20,000 nt of DNA from Malacoraja senta (GCA_038087875.1 JAXLNO010000217.1:57026-77025); one strand, 5' to 3'; positions 1-9,261 are shown, numbered from the stretch's first letter. Made by a program: numbers and translations. The notes: a model not told the origin generated them from the sequence alone.

Positions 1-116
1 ACGAGTTTTCAGAACCAAGGATAAACGACCGGTAATGTTAAATGTCCGCCAAACTTCACAGCTGTGTATCTCTGGCTTATCAAAAGTTGTCTGGCTTCTT
101 AAAAGTTTCTCCACTC

Positions 117-1459
117 GCAATAAAAATGATTTTCGTACCACAAATTTTATACCTATTTCAATCAATTCCTATATACCTACCAAAGAAGTTTAAAAAAAAA
201 ACTGGATTCAGACATTACGAATATTATATGGGACTATAAATCACATAGAATACAAAGAACACACTTGAACAAAGCTAAAGTATTAGGGGGCTTAGCACTC
301 CCTAATTTCATGTATTACTATTGGTCAGTAAATATTAAAAATATGATTCAACTGATGGACAACTCTGCCCAGCAAGTGGACTGGATTGTAATGGAGAGAG
401 AGGACTGCTCCTCTGGAAACATTGGAGCGATCCTTCTCTCACCAATGAAACTGAATAACATAAATTATAACAAAAACCCAATTATACATAGCACAATTAG
501 AACTTGGAAACAAATAAAACAAAATTTAAAATTAAGAAATTTATCACTTTATCTCCCATAATAAATAACCCTTCATTCAATCCCTCTATTACAGACAAAT
601 CTTTCATACAATGGGATAGACTAGGAATTAAAACGTTCGGTGACTTGTACGAAACTGGAAAATTACTATCATTCCATCAACTACAAATAAAATATAAACT
701 CGGAAATAATCAATATTTTAAATATTTTCAAATATGCAACTATTTGAAAAAATATACAAAAGATCATCATAATACCTCAACAGGTGTATTGGATGAAGCA
801 ATGCAGATAAAAGCTGAATCAGCAAACTTAATATCATATTTGTATCATATTATTTTAAATGTAGAAATACCATCTACGGAAGGTATTAGAAGAGACTGGG
901 AACAAGAATTAGCTATTAAAATTCAAAGGAAAGGTGGAATGAATATTTATTAAACGTGCATAAATGTTCGATTAATGTAAGACACACTTTAATACAATTT
1001 AAAATTTTACATAGATTATACTATTCTAAAACTAAAATCAATAAAATATTCCCAAATGTATCATCAATTTGTGATAAATGTCAATCTCAAGAAGCTACTA
1101 TAGCACACTCATTTGTTTTCTGTACAAAAATTCAAAAATTTTGGATTGAAATTTTTGAAATTTTTACAAAATTATTTAAAATTAAATTGATACCCAAAGC
1201 AGAATGGATTATCTTCGGAACAACGGAAGATAGTCCAGAACTAAATGTGTTCCAAAATAAATTAATAGACTATGGGTTAATAACTGGAAAAAAGTTAATC
1301 CTAAAAATCTGGAAAAACGCTCCAATACCAACTATAAACATGTGGATTTCAAATATGTTCGAAACATTACACCTAGAAGAGATAAGACTCCTCCTGGCAG
1401 GTAAACCAGATCATTTCCACCTGACGTGGTCTGCATTTATAGAATTATTACAAGTATAG
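117..1459 (+). pseudogene. Frameshifted C-terminal L1 ORF2 (post-RT region and Cys/His zinc-binding motif)
   Basis: Motifs KMIFVPQILYLFQSIP, GGLALPNFMYYYW, QFKILHRLYYS and CDKC-X8-H-X4-C are spread over four ORF pieces (42-239, 265-561, 504-953, 956-1459), implying frameshifts near the A-run at ~192-201, at ~555 and at ~930-955. Confidence 0.9.
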
Positions 1460-1865
1460 GGTGCAAAAGTACTAAAAAAAAACTGAGGTCAGGTAAGGGG
1501 GGATGAAAGCTGGAGAGTTGGTATGTCCCATTTGCGTGATGCTTACAAAAAAAATATCTGTTTTTCTCTTTTCCCTCTTTCTCTTTTTTCTTCTTTTTTA
1601 GGGTCTATTTCTTAACTCTTTCCTTTTGTGTTTAATTTCTTTCTTATAGGGTCTTTGTATTTTTTTTTTTTTTTGTGTCACGTTCTTTACACCTTCATTT
1701 TTTCCTTCACTTTCTTCTTTTTCTCAATCTTATCCTTTCCCTTTATTAGTGTAGAAAATAAACGGAGTACATTAATTGTAATAAGATATATGTGATGAGT
1801 ACTAGTGTAATTGGTTGTAATGTAATGTACTTCTAATAAATAAAATAAAAAAATAAAAAAATAAA
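117..1865 (+). mobile_element. 5'-truncated L1-clade LINE (3' part of ORF2, T-rich 3'UTR, A-rich tail)
   Basis: Flanked by a 16-bp TSD AAAAGTTTCTCCACTC (101-116 and 1866-1881) at a TT|AAAA site. AATAAA at ~1835 is followed by an A-rich tail. L1-type ORF2 motifs are present. Confidence 0.93.
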
Positions 1866-1880
1866 AAAAGTTTCTCCACT

Positions 1881-1951
1881 CCATCTCCCCCTTCTCCCCC
1901 ATTCTCCCCCCATTCTCCCCCCATCTCCCCTCCCCCCTTCTCCCCTCCCCC
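1881..1951. repeat. C-rich (ATTCTCCCCC-like) low-complexity tract inside MITE copy A
   Basis: Repeated CTCCCC units. The homologous tract in copy B (~2325-2355) is much shorter. Confidence 0.8.
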
Positions 1952-2083
1952 TTTTAAAGGACTTACTGTACACTGTGCTAGACATCTTAACCTTCCTGTT
2001 CATCGCAGTGTGTGTCTGTGCATCGTGTGAATTTCAGACAGCGCTCCCCCGCTTTCCATGGCCCGCGCCTTTGTGATGTGTTT

Positions 2084-2100
2084 GTGTGTGTGTGTGTGTG
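2084..2100. repeat. (TG)n microsatellite within the MITE
   Basis: About 8-9 GT units read directly. Confidence 0.85.
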
Positions 2101-2756
2101 TTCCACTCTGACAGTCGCCGTCCCAGTTCACATTTTTTCAGGCGACTGCCGGGAACTTGACAGTCGCCAGCAGTCTGCTGAAAAATCGCCTAAGTGGGAC
2201 AGGCCCTTGAAGCAGGGGTGCGCTGTCTGAAATTCATGGTGCAAAGCAAAGGCGATACAGACACACACCGCGATGAACAGGAAGGTTAAGACGGCTAGCA
2301 CAGTGTACAGTAAGTCCTTTAAAAGATGGGGGAGAAGTGGGGAGAGAAGGAGTGGAGACACTTTTAAGAAGCCAGACAACTTTTAATAAGCCAGAGATAC
2401 ACAGCTGTGAAGTTCGGCGGACATTTAGCATTACCGGTCGGTTATCCTTGCTTCTGAAAACTCGTGCTTACGTTTTGTCCCCCAATGAGCCAATGAAAAT
2501 GCCCGGTCAGCAAAGGCGATTAACCAAAACTACATACGACTACCTCGGCTACCCATAACTTCATGGCGACCCCACTACAACTGCACCTATGACTACAGGA
2601 TTATCGATTTTCTCCATGGCGACCGGGTTTAAAAATTTGCGGCGACCATACTGAGGGCACGACTAGTTTCTAGAATGCAGGAACTCCTCGCGACCATGAA
2701 GAAGACTCACCAGAGACCACCAGCGAACATGTGGTGACTATGTGGCGATCATGTGG

Positions 2757-5754
2757 TGTAAAATGAGGGTAGAAGCAATAGGTAGCAAGGTGAAAAGTAA
2801 AAGTGGCAGGCAGACAAAACCAGGGCAAAAATCAAAAAGGGCAACTTTTCAACATAATTGTATAAGGGGTAAGAGTGTTGTAAAAACAAGCCTGAAGGCT
2901 TTGTGTCTCAATGCAAGGAGCATTCGTAATAAGGTGGATGAGTTGAATGTGCAGATAGCTATTAATGACTATGATATAGTTGGGATCACGGAGACATGGC
3001 TCCAGGGTGACCAAGGCTGGGAGCTGAACATCCAGGGATAATCAATATTCAGGAGCAATAGAGAGAAAGGAAAAGGAGGTGGGGTAGCGTTGCTGATTAG
3101 AGAGGAGATTAATGCAATGGAAAGGAAAGACATTAGTTTCGAGGATGTAGAATCGGTATGGGTAGAACTGCGAAACACTAAGGGGCAGAAAACGCTGGTG
3201 GGTGTTGTGTACAGGCCACCTAACAGTAGTAGTGAAGTTGGAGATGGTATCAAACAGGAAATTAGAAATGCGTGCGACAAAGGCAAAACAGTTATAATGG
3301 GTGACTTCAATCTACATATAGATTGGGTGAATCAAATTGGCAGGGGTGCTGAGGAAGAGGATTTCTTGGAATGTATGCGGGATAGTTATCTAAATCAACA
3401 TGTAGAGGAACCAACGAGAGAGCAGGCTATTTTAGACTAGGTATTGAGTAATGAGGAAGGGTTAGTTAGCAGTCTTGTTGTACGTGCCCCCTTGGGCAAG
3501 AGTGACCATAATATGGTTGAGTTCTTCATTAGGATGGAGAGTGACATTGTTAATTCAGAAACAATGGTTCTGAACTTAATGAAAGGTAACTTTGAGGGTA
3601 TGAGACGTGAATTGGCCAAGATTGACTGGCAATTAATTCTAAAAGGGTTGACGGTGGATATGCAATGGAAGACATTTAAAGACTGCATGGATGAACTACA
3701 AAAATTGTTCATCCCAGTTTGGCAAAAGAATAAATCAGGGAAGGTAGTGCATCCATGGATAACATGGGAAATCAGGGATGGTATCAAAGCGAAGGATGAT
3801 GCGTACAAATTAGCCAGTAAAAGCGGCATACCGGAGGACTGGGAGAAATTCAGAGACCAGCAGAGGAGGACAAAGGGCTTAATTAGGAAAGGAAAAATAG
3901 ATTATGAAAGAAAACTGGCAGGGAACATAAAAACTGACTGCAAACGTTTTTATAGATTTGTGAAAAGAAAGAGATTAGTTAAAACAAATGTAGGTCCCTT
4001 GCAGTCAGAAACAGGTGAGTTGATCATGGGGAACAAGGATATGGCAGACCAATTGAATAACTACTTTGGTTCCGTCTTCACTAAGGAAGATATAAATAAT
4101 CTGCCGGAATTGAGTGAAATCCAGGTTAGTCAGGAAGTGGTGTTGGGTAAATTGAATGGATTAAAGGCCGATAAATCCCCAGGGCCAGATAGGCTGCATC
4201 CCAGAGTACTTAAGGAAGTAGCTCCAGAAATAGTGGATGCATTAGTGATAATCTTTCAAAATTCTTTAGATTCTGGAGTAGTTCCTGAGGATTGGCGGGT
4301 AGCAAACGTAACCCCACTTTTCAAGAAGGGAGGGAGAGAGAAAACGGGGAATTACAGACCAGTTAGTCTAACATCGGTAGTGGGGAAACTGCTAGAGTCA
4401 CTTATTAAAGATGGGATAGCAGCACATTTGGAAAGCGGTGAAATCATTGGACAAAGTCAGCATGGATTTACGAAAGGTAAATCATGTCTGACGAATCTTA
4501 TAGAATTTTTCGAGGATGTAACTAGTAGCGTGGATAGGGGAGAACCAGTGGATGTGGTGTATCTGGACTTCCAGAAGGCTTTCAACAAGGTCCCACATAA
4601 GAGATTAGTATACAAACTTAAAGCACATGGCATTGGGGGTTCAGTATTGATGTGGATAGAGAACTGGCTGGCAAACAGGAAGCAAAGAGTAGGAGTAAAC
4701 GGGTCCTTTTCACAATGGCAGGCAGTGACTAGTGGGGTACCGCAAGGCTCAGTGCTGGGAACCCAGCTATTTACAATATATATTAATGAAGTGGATGAGG
4801 GAATTGAAGGCAATATCTCCAAGTTTGCAGATGACACTAAGCTGGGGGGCAGTGTTAGCTGTGAGGAGGATGCTAGGAGACTGCAAGGTGACTTGGATAG
4901 GCTGGGTGAGTGGGCAAATGTTTGGCAGATGCAGTATAATGTGGATAAATATGAGGTTATCCATTTTGGTGGCAAAAACAGGAAAGCAGACTATTATCTT
5001 AATGGTGGGCGACTAGGAAAAGGGGAGATGCAGCGAGACCTGGGTGTCATGGTACACCAGTCATTGAAAGTAGGCATGCAGGTGCAGCAGGCAGTGAAGA
5101 AAGCGAATGGTATGTTGGCCTTCATAGCAAGAGGATTTGAGCATAGGAGCAGGGAGGTTCTACTGCAGTTGTACAGGGTCTTGGTGAGACCACACCTGGA
5201 GTATTGCGTACAGTTGTGGTCTCCAAATCTGAGGAAGGACATTATTGCCATTATTGAGAAGGTTCACCAGACTGATTCCTGGGATGTCAGGACTGTCTTA
5301 TGAAGAAAGACTGGATAGACTTGGTTTATACTCTCTAGAATTTAGGAGATTGAGAGGGGATCTTATAGAAACTTACAAAATTCTTAAGGGGTTGGACAGG
5401 CTAGATGCAGGAAGATTGCTCCCGATGTTGGGGAAGTCCAGGACAAGGGGTCACAGCTTAAGGATAAGGGGGAAATCCTTTAAAACCGAGATGAGAAGAA
5501 CTTTTTTCACACAGAGAGTGGGGAATCTCTGGAACTCTCTGCCACAGAGGGTAGTCGAGGCCAGTTCATTGGCTATATTTAAGAGGGAGTTAGATGTGGC
5601 CCTTGTGGCTAAAGGGATCAGAGGGTATGGAGAGAAGGCAGGTACGGGATACTGAGTTGGATGATCAGCCATGATCATATTGAATGGCGGTGCAGGCTCG
5701 AAGGGCCGAATGGCCTACTCCTGCACCTAATTTCTATGTTTCTATGTTTCTATG
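2757..5754 (+). mobile_element. CR1-clade (HER1-like) LINE, 5'-truncated just upstream of ORF2, with 3'UTR stem-loop and (TTTCTATG)3 tail
   Basis: APE plus RT ORF2. The 3'UTR has GGTGCAGG...CCTGCACC (5689-5727) enclosing GGCC-GAAT-GGCC. The tail spans 5731-5754. Likely TSD is ATGTGG (2751-2756 and 5752-5757). Confidence 0.95.
2763..5655 (+). pseudogene. CR1 ORF2 (APE endonuclease plus reverse transcriptase), disabled
   Basis: APE motifs LNARSI, GITETW, VVYRPP, MGDFN and SDHN. RT motifs NYRPVSLTS, QHGF, YLDFQKAF, GVPQGSVLG and FADD. In-frame stops at 3039-3041 (TAA) and 3438-3440 (TAG), and a frameshift near 5250. Confidence 0.95.
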
Positions 5755-5849
5755 TGGCGAGCACAGAGTCTCCTGCACTCGCCTCAAAATTTGCCTAAGT
5801 GGGACAGGCCATTGACTCTCCTGATTCTTGAAACATCCCATTTGAAAAT

Positions 5850-6154
5850 GGTTTGGTTTAGAGATACAGCTTGGAAACAGGCCCTTTGGCCCACTGAGTA
5901 CTGGGCGACCAGCGATGCTCACTCACTAACACTAACCTATACACTAGGGACAATTTACATTTATACCAAGCCAATTAGCCTACGAAGCTGTCCGTCTTTA
6001 GAATGTGGGAGGAAACCAGAGCTACCGGAGAAAACCCATGCAGGTCACGAGGAGAAACTACAAACCCTGTACAGACAGCACCCATTGTCAGGATTGAACC
6101 CGTGTCTCTGGTCCTGTAAGGCAGCAACTCTACTGCAGTGCCACCCTGCCGCCC
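5850..6154 (-). mobile_element. tRNA-derived V-SINE (HE1-like), full length
   Basis: Minus-strand head GGGCGGCAGGGTGGCAC...GGTTCAATCC (A/B boxes), central domain TTCTCC...GGTTTCCTCCCAC, and CR1-like tail GGGCCAAAGGGCCTGTTTCC. Homologous to 14404-14726. Confidence 0.88.
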
Positions 6155-6519
6155 AACTCTAACACTATCTTAAAGGGAAGTACTAAAGGAGTGAGGCTTT
6201 ATTATTACCCATGAATGGGGTGAATGTTTTAAAAATGATTCAGTGATGAAAACATTACTAAACCAGGAGCAACAACTAGTTTTTAATTTGTTTTATTTTA
6301 TTATTAGCAGTAGCTTCAGAAGATAAATCATGTGGAAATGACTAGAACGTCATTAAAGACAAGAGATCAGGAAGCCAGATTATTTTGTGGTTAGTTTTAA
6401 TGTTGACAGCTGACAAAAATGTATTTCACCTATTATTTTTCCAGCTGGCTTTTAACATTTCTGTCATTTGTTTGAGCTAATAGAATTTAACACTGGGATG
6501 ATGAAAAGAATCTGCAAAT

Positions 6520-6850
6520 CTGCAAAGAGGTTCACTTGTTCCTCCTCCTACCTACTGTATCCGTTCTTCTCAGTGTGAACTCTTATATGTTATTAAGCAC
6601 AGACTGGGCGATTGTTTCGCTGAACACCTACGCTCGGTCTGCCTTGGTCTACGCGATCTCCCGATTGCTAACTTTCCTATCCATCCCCATATTGATCTGT
6701 CTGTCATGGGCCCCTCCACTGTCAAATTGGAGGAACAGCACCTCATATTTTGCTTGAGCAGTTTACAACCCCGCAGTATGAATATTAATTTCTCTCATTT
6801 CAAGTAATCCTTGAATTTCCTCTCTCTGTGTCCCTTCCCCACCCTAATCA
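6520..6850 (+). mobile_element. Degenerate Penelope-like element 3' fragment (GIY-YIG endonuclease relic)
   Basis: Hand translation gives YCIRSSQCELLY, RLGDCFAEHLRSVCLGLRDLPIA (from 6601) and KLEEQHLIFCLSSLQPRSMNINFSHFK* (6724-6807). These match the Penelope GIY-YIG C-terminus pattern; several deletions and frameshifts are present. Confidence 0.8.
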
Positions 6851-7194
6851 TCATCCTGAGGATCCTCTCAGCCTTCTTAACTCCAGCTAGTACTGGCCTG
6901 GTGCCGTTAAACGCACTGCTTTACATATTTTGCTCTGCTTTCAAAATTCAGTTATATTTACTTCAGTCCAGTTTCATTCTCTAATTTGTGTTTCTATGGC
7001 TTAAAATGAAAGTGCCAAATCAGTCTGTATTCATTGTTCATGCTACCAATCAAAATCTCAATTGTGTGTGGTTAGGGATTGAATAAAGAGAGATGAGAGA
7101 TAAGTTGTGATAGGCTGCATGGGTTGAATAGACTATTCATTCAACCATATCAAGCCCACATGTTGAAAAATGTTCCGTGGCTGACATACCTGAT

Positions 7195-7722
7195 GGGGCG
7201 GCACGGTGGCACAGCTGGTAGAGCTGCTGCCTCGCAGAGACCCACATTAAATCCTGATCTCGGGTGCTTTCTATGTGGTGTTTTCTTGTTTAGTTTAGTT
7301 TTGAGATACAGCGAGGAAACAAGCCTTTCGGCCCACCAAGTCCGCGTCGACATGCGATCCCCGCACACTAATTCTATCCTACACACAATGGGGACATTTA
7401 TACCAAGCCAATTAGCCTCCAAACCTTTCAGTCTTTAGAGTGTGGGAGGAAACCGGAGCTTCCCATAGAAAACCCACGCAGGTCACGGGGAGAACGTACA
7501 AACTCTGTTCTCCCTGTGACCGCATGGGTTTTCCTCTGGCTGCTCCGGTTTCCTTCCACATCCCAAAGACACGTGGGTCTGTAGGTTAATTAGCCTCTGC
7601 AAATTACCCTGAGTATGTAGGGAGTGGATGCAAAAGAGGGATATGGCTGGCGTGGACTCAGTGGACCAAAGGGCCTGTTTCCATCCTGTATCTTTAAACT
7701 AAACTTAACTAAAACAAAACTA
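7195..7722 (+). mobile_element. V-SINE (HE1-like) host copy, interrupted at ~7290
   Basis: Head GGGGCGGCACGGTGGCACAGCTGG at 7195. The body resumes at 7506 (TGTTCTCCCTGTGACC). Tail GGACCAAAGGGCCTGTTTCC plus (CTAAA)-like repeats runs to ~7722. Confidence 0.85.
7291..7505 (-). mobile_element. 5'-truncated V-SINE inserted antisense into the host SINE
   Basis: (TTTAG)n tail at the left end, body homologous to 5860-6065, and a short direct repeat TGTT at 7287-7290 and 7506-7509. Confidence 0.85.
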
Positions 7723-7769
7723 TAGCCACACAATTTACAGCTTCATGTGAAAGGAAAGAGGAAAGAAAA

Positions 7770-8028
7770 ATGAGTGAAAACAAGCCAGTTTCCATTGCAC
7801 CTGAACAACTTATGTCATTGTGAACATCGGACTTTTTCTCTAGAACTGTAACGTTACAATGGCGAAACCAATATTCTGCTCTCTGGGATGTTTCTCTTTG
7901 CTCTACCTGTTGTACTTGTGTATGTTTTGATTGTATTTGTGTATAATATTATCTGATTTGACTGGATAGCATGGAAAGAAAAGATTTCACTGTACATGTG
8001 ACAATAATAAACCTAAATCTAAATCTGA
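7770..8028 (+). mobile_element. Old Rex1/Babar- or L2-type LINE 3'UTR fragment
   Basis: Homologous to ~12450-12656. Ends TTTCACTGTAC...GTGACAATAATAAA plus a (CCTAAA/TCTAAA) tail. Confidence 0.7.
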
Positions 8029-8089
8029 ACAGGAATCCACTAAATCACAACTAGTTAGTAGGCAGTTAAGAAGGAATAGTGAGGCCAGT

Positions 8090-8174
8090 CAGTTTGTATC
8101 TGTACTTCTTCGAGTTTAGAAGAATGAGTGGTGACCTTATTCAAACATATAAGGTTTGAAAGGATAGATGTTGA
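8090..8174 (+). mobile_element. Old CR1 ORF2 3' fragment (continues briefly after 9389), target of the Penelope remnant
   Basis: CTGTACTTCTTCGAGTTTAGAAGAATGAGTGGTGACCTTATTCAAACATATAAG resembles 5326-5380 (LYSLEFRRLRGDLIETYK). Confidence 0.7.
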
Positions 8175-8236
8175 AGATAGGCACAAAAAGCTGGAGTAAC
8201 TCAGCGGGACAGGCAGCATCTCTGGAGAGAAGGAAT

Positions 8237-9228
8237 ACAATACAATACGGTTTTATTCATCACATTGCACATAAAGTGCAAGTGAAATGAATTTGCCAGC
8301 AGCGGTACAATGAGAAAGAACACACAAAAACACAATACAAATTTAACCCAAACATCCACCACAGCATTCATCACTGTGGTGGAAGGCACAAAATTTGGCC
8401 AGTCCTCCTCCATTTTCCCCCGTGGTCGGGACCTCAACCCTCCGCAGTCGCCGCTGCGGGCATCCAGATGAATGAACGTCAAGGTAAGTCCTGAATCGGT
8501 GCCTCCACCACCGGAGACCGTGGCTTCAGGTTGGTGTAGGCCGCAGGCCGGCGGTCGGTGATTTAAAGTTTCCGCCCTGCCGCAGCCAGAAGCACTGCAG
8601 ACTGCAGGGCTGGTGGTCGAAGTCGAAGCTCCCCTCCAGGGATCCCCATCGAGGGACCCCGCTCCCGATGGTAAGTCGCCGCCGCACCCGCGGTAGAAGT
8701 TGGCCGCGGGCCGGCAGTCGGAGTGGAAGCTTCTTCTTCCCCCGGGTCCCCAGCGAGGGATCCCAGGCTGAGATTTAGAGATTTAGAGATTTAGAGATTC
8801 CTTTATTTGTCATTCAGACCTTTCGGTCTGAACGAAATTTCATTGCCTGCAGTCATACATATAATAATAAATTATATTATATGGACGCTGAGGACGCTGC
8901 GCCAGCTGGAGCTCTGCAGACCGCGGCTTCAGACTGCCGGCTGCCACGGGCCAGCGAACGGAACGCTCCCCTCCGGCACGCCCCAGCGAGGGCTCGCCCG
9001 CTCCACGCCGAGAGTCTGTGCTGCGCCTGCCGCTGAAGCCCCGGGCGTGTCTCCGGGAAAGGCCGCACTGATCCTCGCTGTTAGGCTATGGGGGAGAGGC
9101 AACATGAAAAAAAGTCGCCTCTCCGTGGAGGAGGCGACCGAAGCGGTTTCCCTCTTACCCTCCCCCCCCACACCACCCCCCACACAAAACACACCGAGAA
9201 ACATTAAAAACATACATTTAAACACACT
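8237..9228 (-). mobile_element. CpG-rich non-coding retroelement with LINE-type 3' end (unclassified, probably Rex1/L2-mobilised)
   Basis: Minus-strand 3' end TTTCACTTGCAC-TTTAT-GTGCAATGTGATGAATAAA plus (ATTGT)n. The GC-rich body has the motif CCCCAGCGAGGG in both halves (8748 and 8981). No RT-like ORF. Confidence 0.6.
8770..8886 (-). mobile_element. Very short LINE-tail insertion (GAAA-tetraloop hairpin, AATAAA, (AATCTCTA)n tail)
   Basis: Minus strand reads AAATTTCG-TTCAGACC-GAAA-GGTCTGAA-TGACAAATAAAGG plus an 8-mer tail. Possible TSD GCTGAG (8767 and 8887). Confidence 0.65.
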
Positions 9229-9261
9229 GGGTTTCAGTTTGTTACCCTTCTTCAGACTAGC

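Larger units (their letters stand above)
1..2207 (+). mobile_element. Non-autonomous TIR DNA transposon (MITE, PIF/Harbinger-like), copy A; split by the L1 (host parts 1-116 and 1882-2207); left end lies outside the window
   Basis: 1-116 and ~1950-2050 are reverse complements of ~2350-2465 and ~2211-2325. The copy ends in AAAATCGCCTAAGTGGGACAGGCCCT followed by TGA, and nearly the same terminus recurs at 5786-5812. Subterminal CAGTCGCC/GGCGACTG motifs lie at 2112, 2141 and 2161. The superfamily is inferred from the AGGGCC-type terminus and TNA flank. Confidence 0.7.
2208..5812 (-). mobile_element. MITE copy B (same family, opposite orientation); split by the CR1 (host parts ~2208-2756 and 5758-5812)
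   Basis: Inverted homology to copy A over ~250 bp. Repeated (CAT)GGCGACC motifs at ~2562-2697. The sequence resumes after the CR1 tail and ends in AAAATTTGCCTAAGTGGGACAGGCCAT followed by TGA. Confidence 0.7.

Noticed and set aside
2540..2760. Short recurring motifs (GGCGACC, ATGTGGCGA) as a CRISPR-like array
   Set aside because: The repeats are under 12 bp, irregularly spaced and subterminal in a MITE, in a eukaryotic context with no cas genes.
3444..5303. 619-aa RT ORF as a host gene or a novel RT-based system
   Set aside because: It is the middle of an ordinary CR1 ORF2, bounded by a premature stop and a frameshift, and it carries a CR1 tail and TSD.
2832..5678. Antisense and alternate-frame ORFs over the CR1
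   Set aside because: They are shadow ORFs of the RT/APE coding strand with no independent motifs.
8400..9200. Host CpG-island promoter, or ORFs 8807-9265 and 8929-9291 as genes
   Set aside because: The region lies inside a TSD-bounded nested insertion with a LINE tail. The ORFs are low-complexity products of high GC and cross element junctions.
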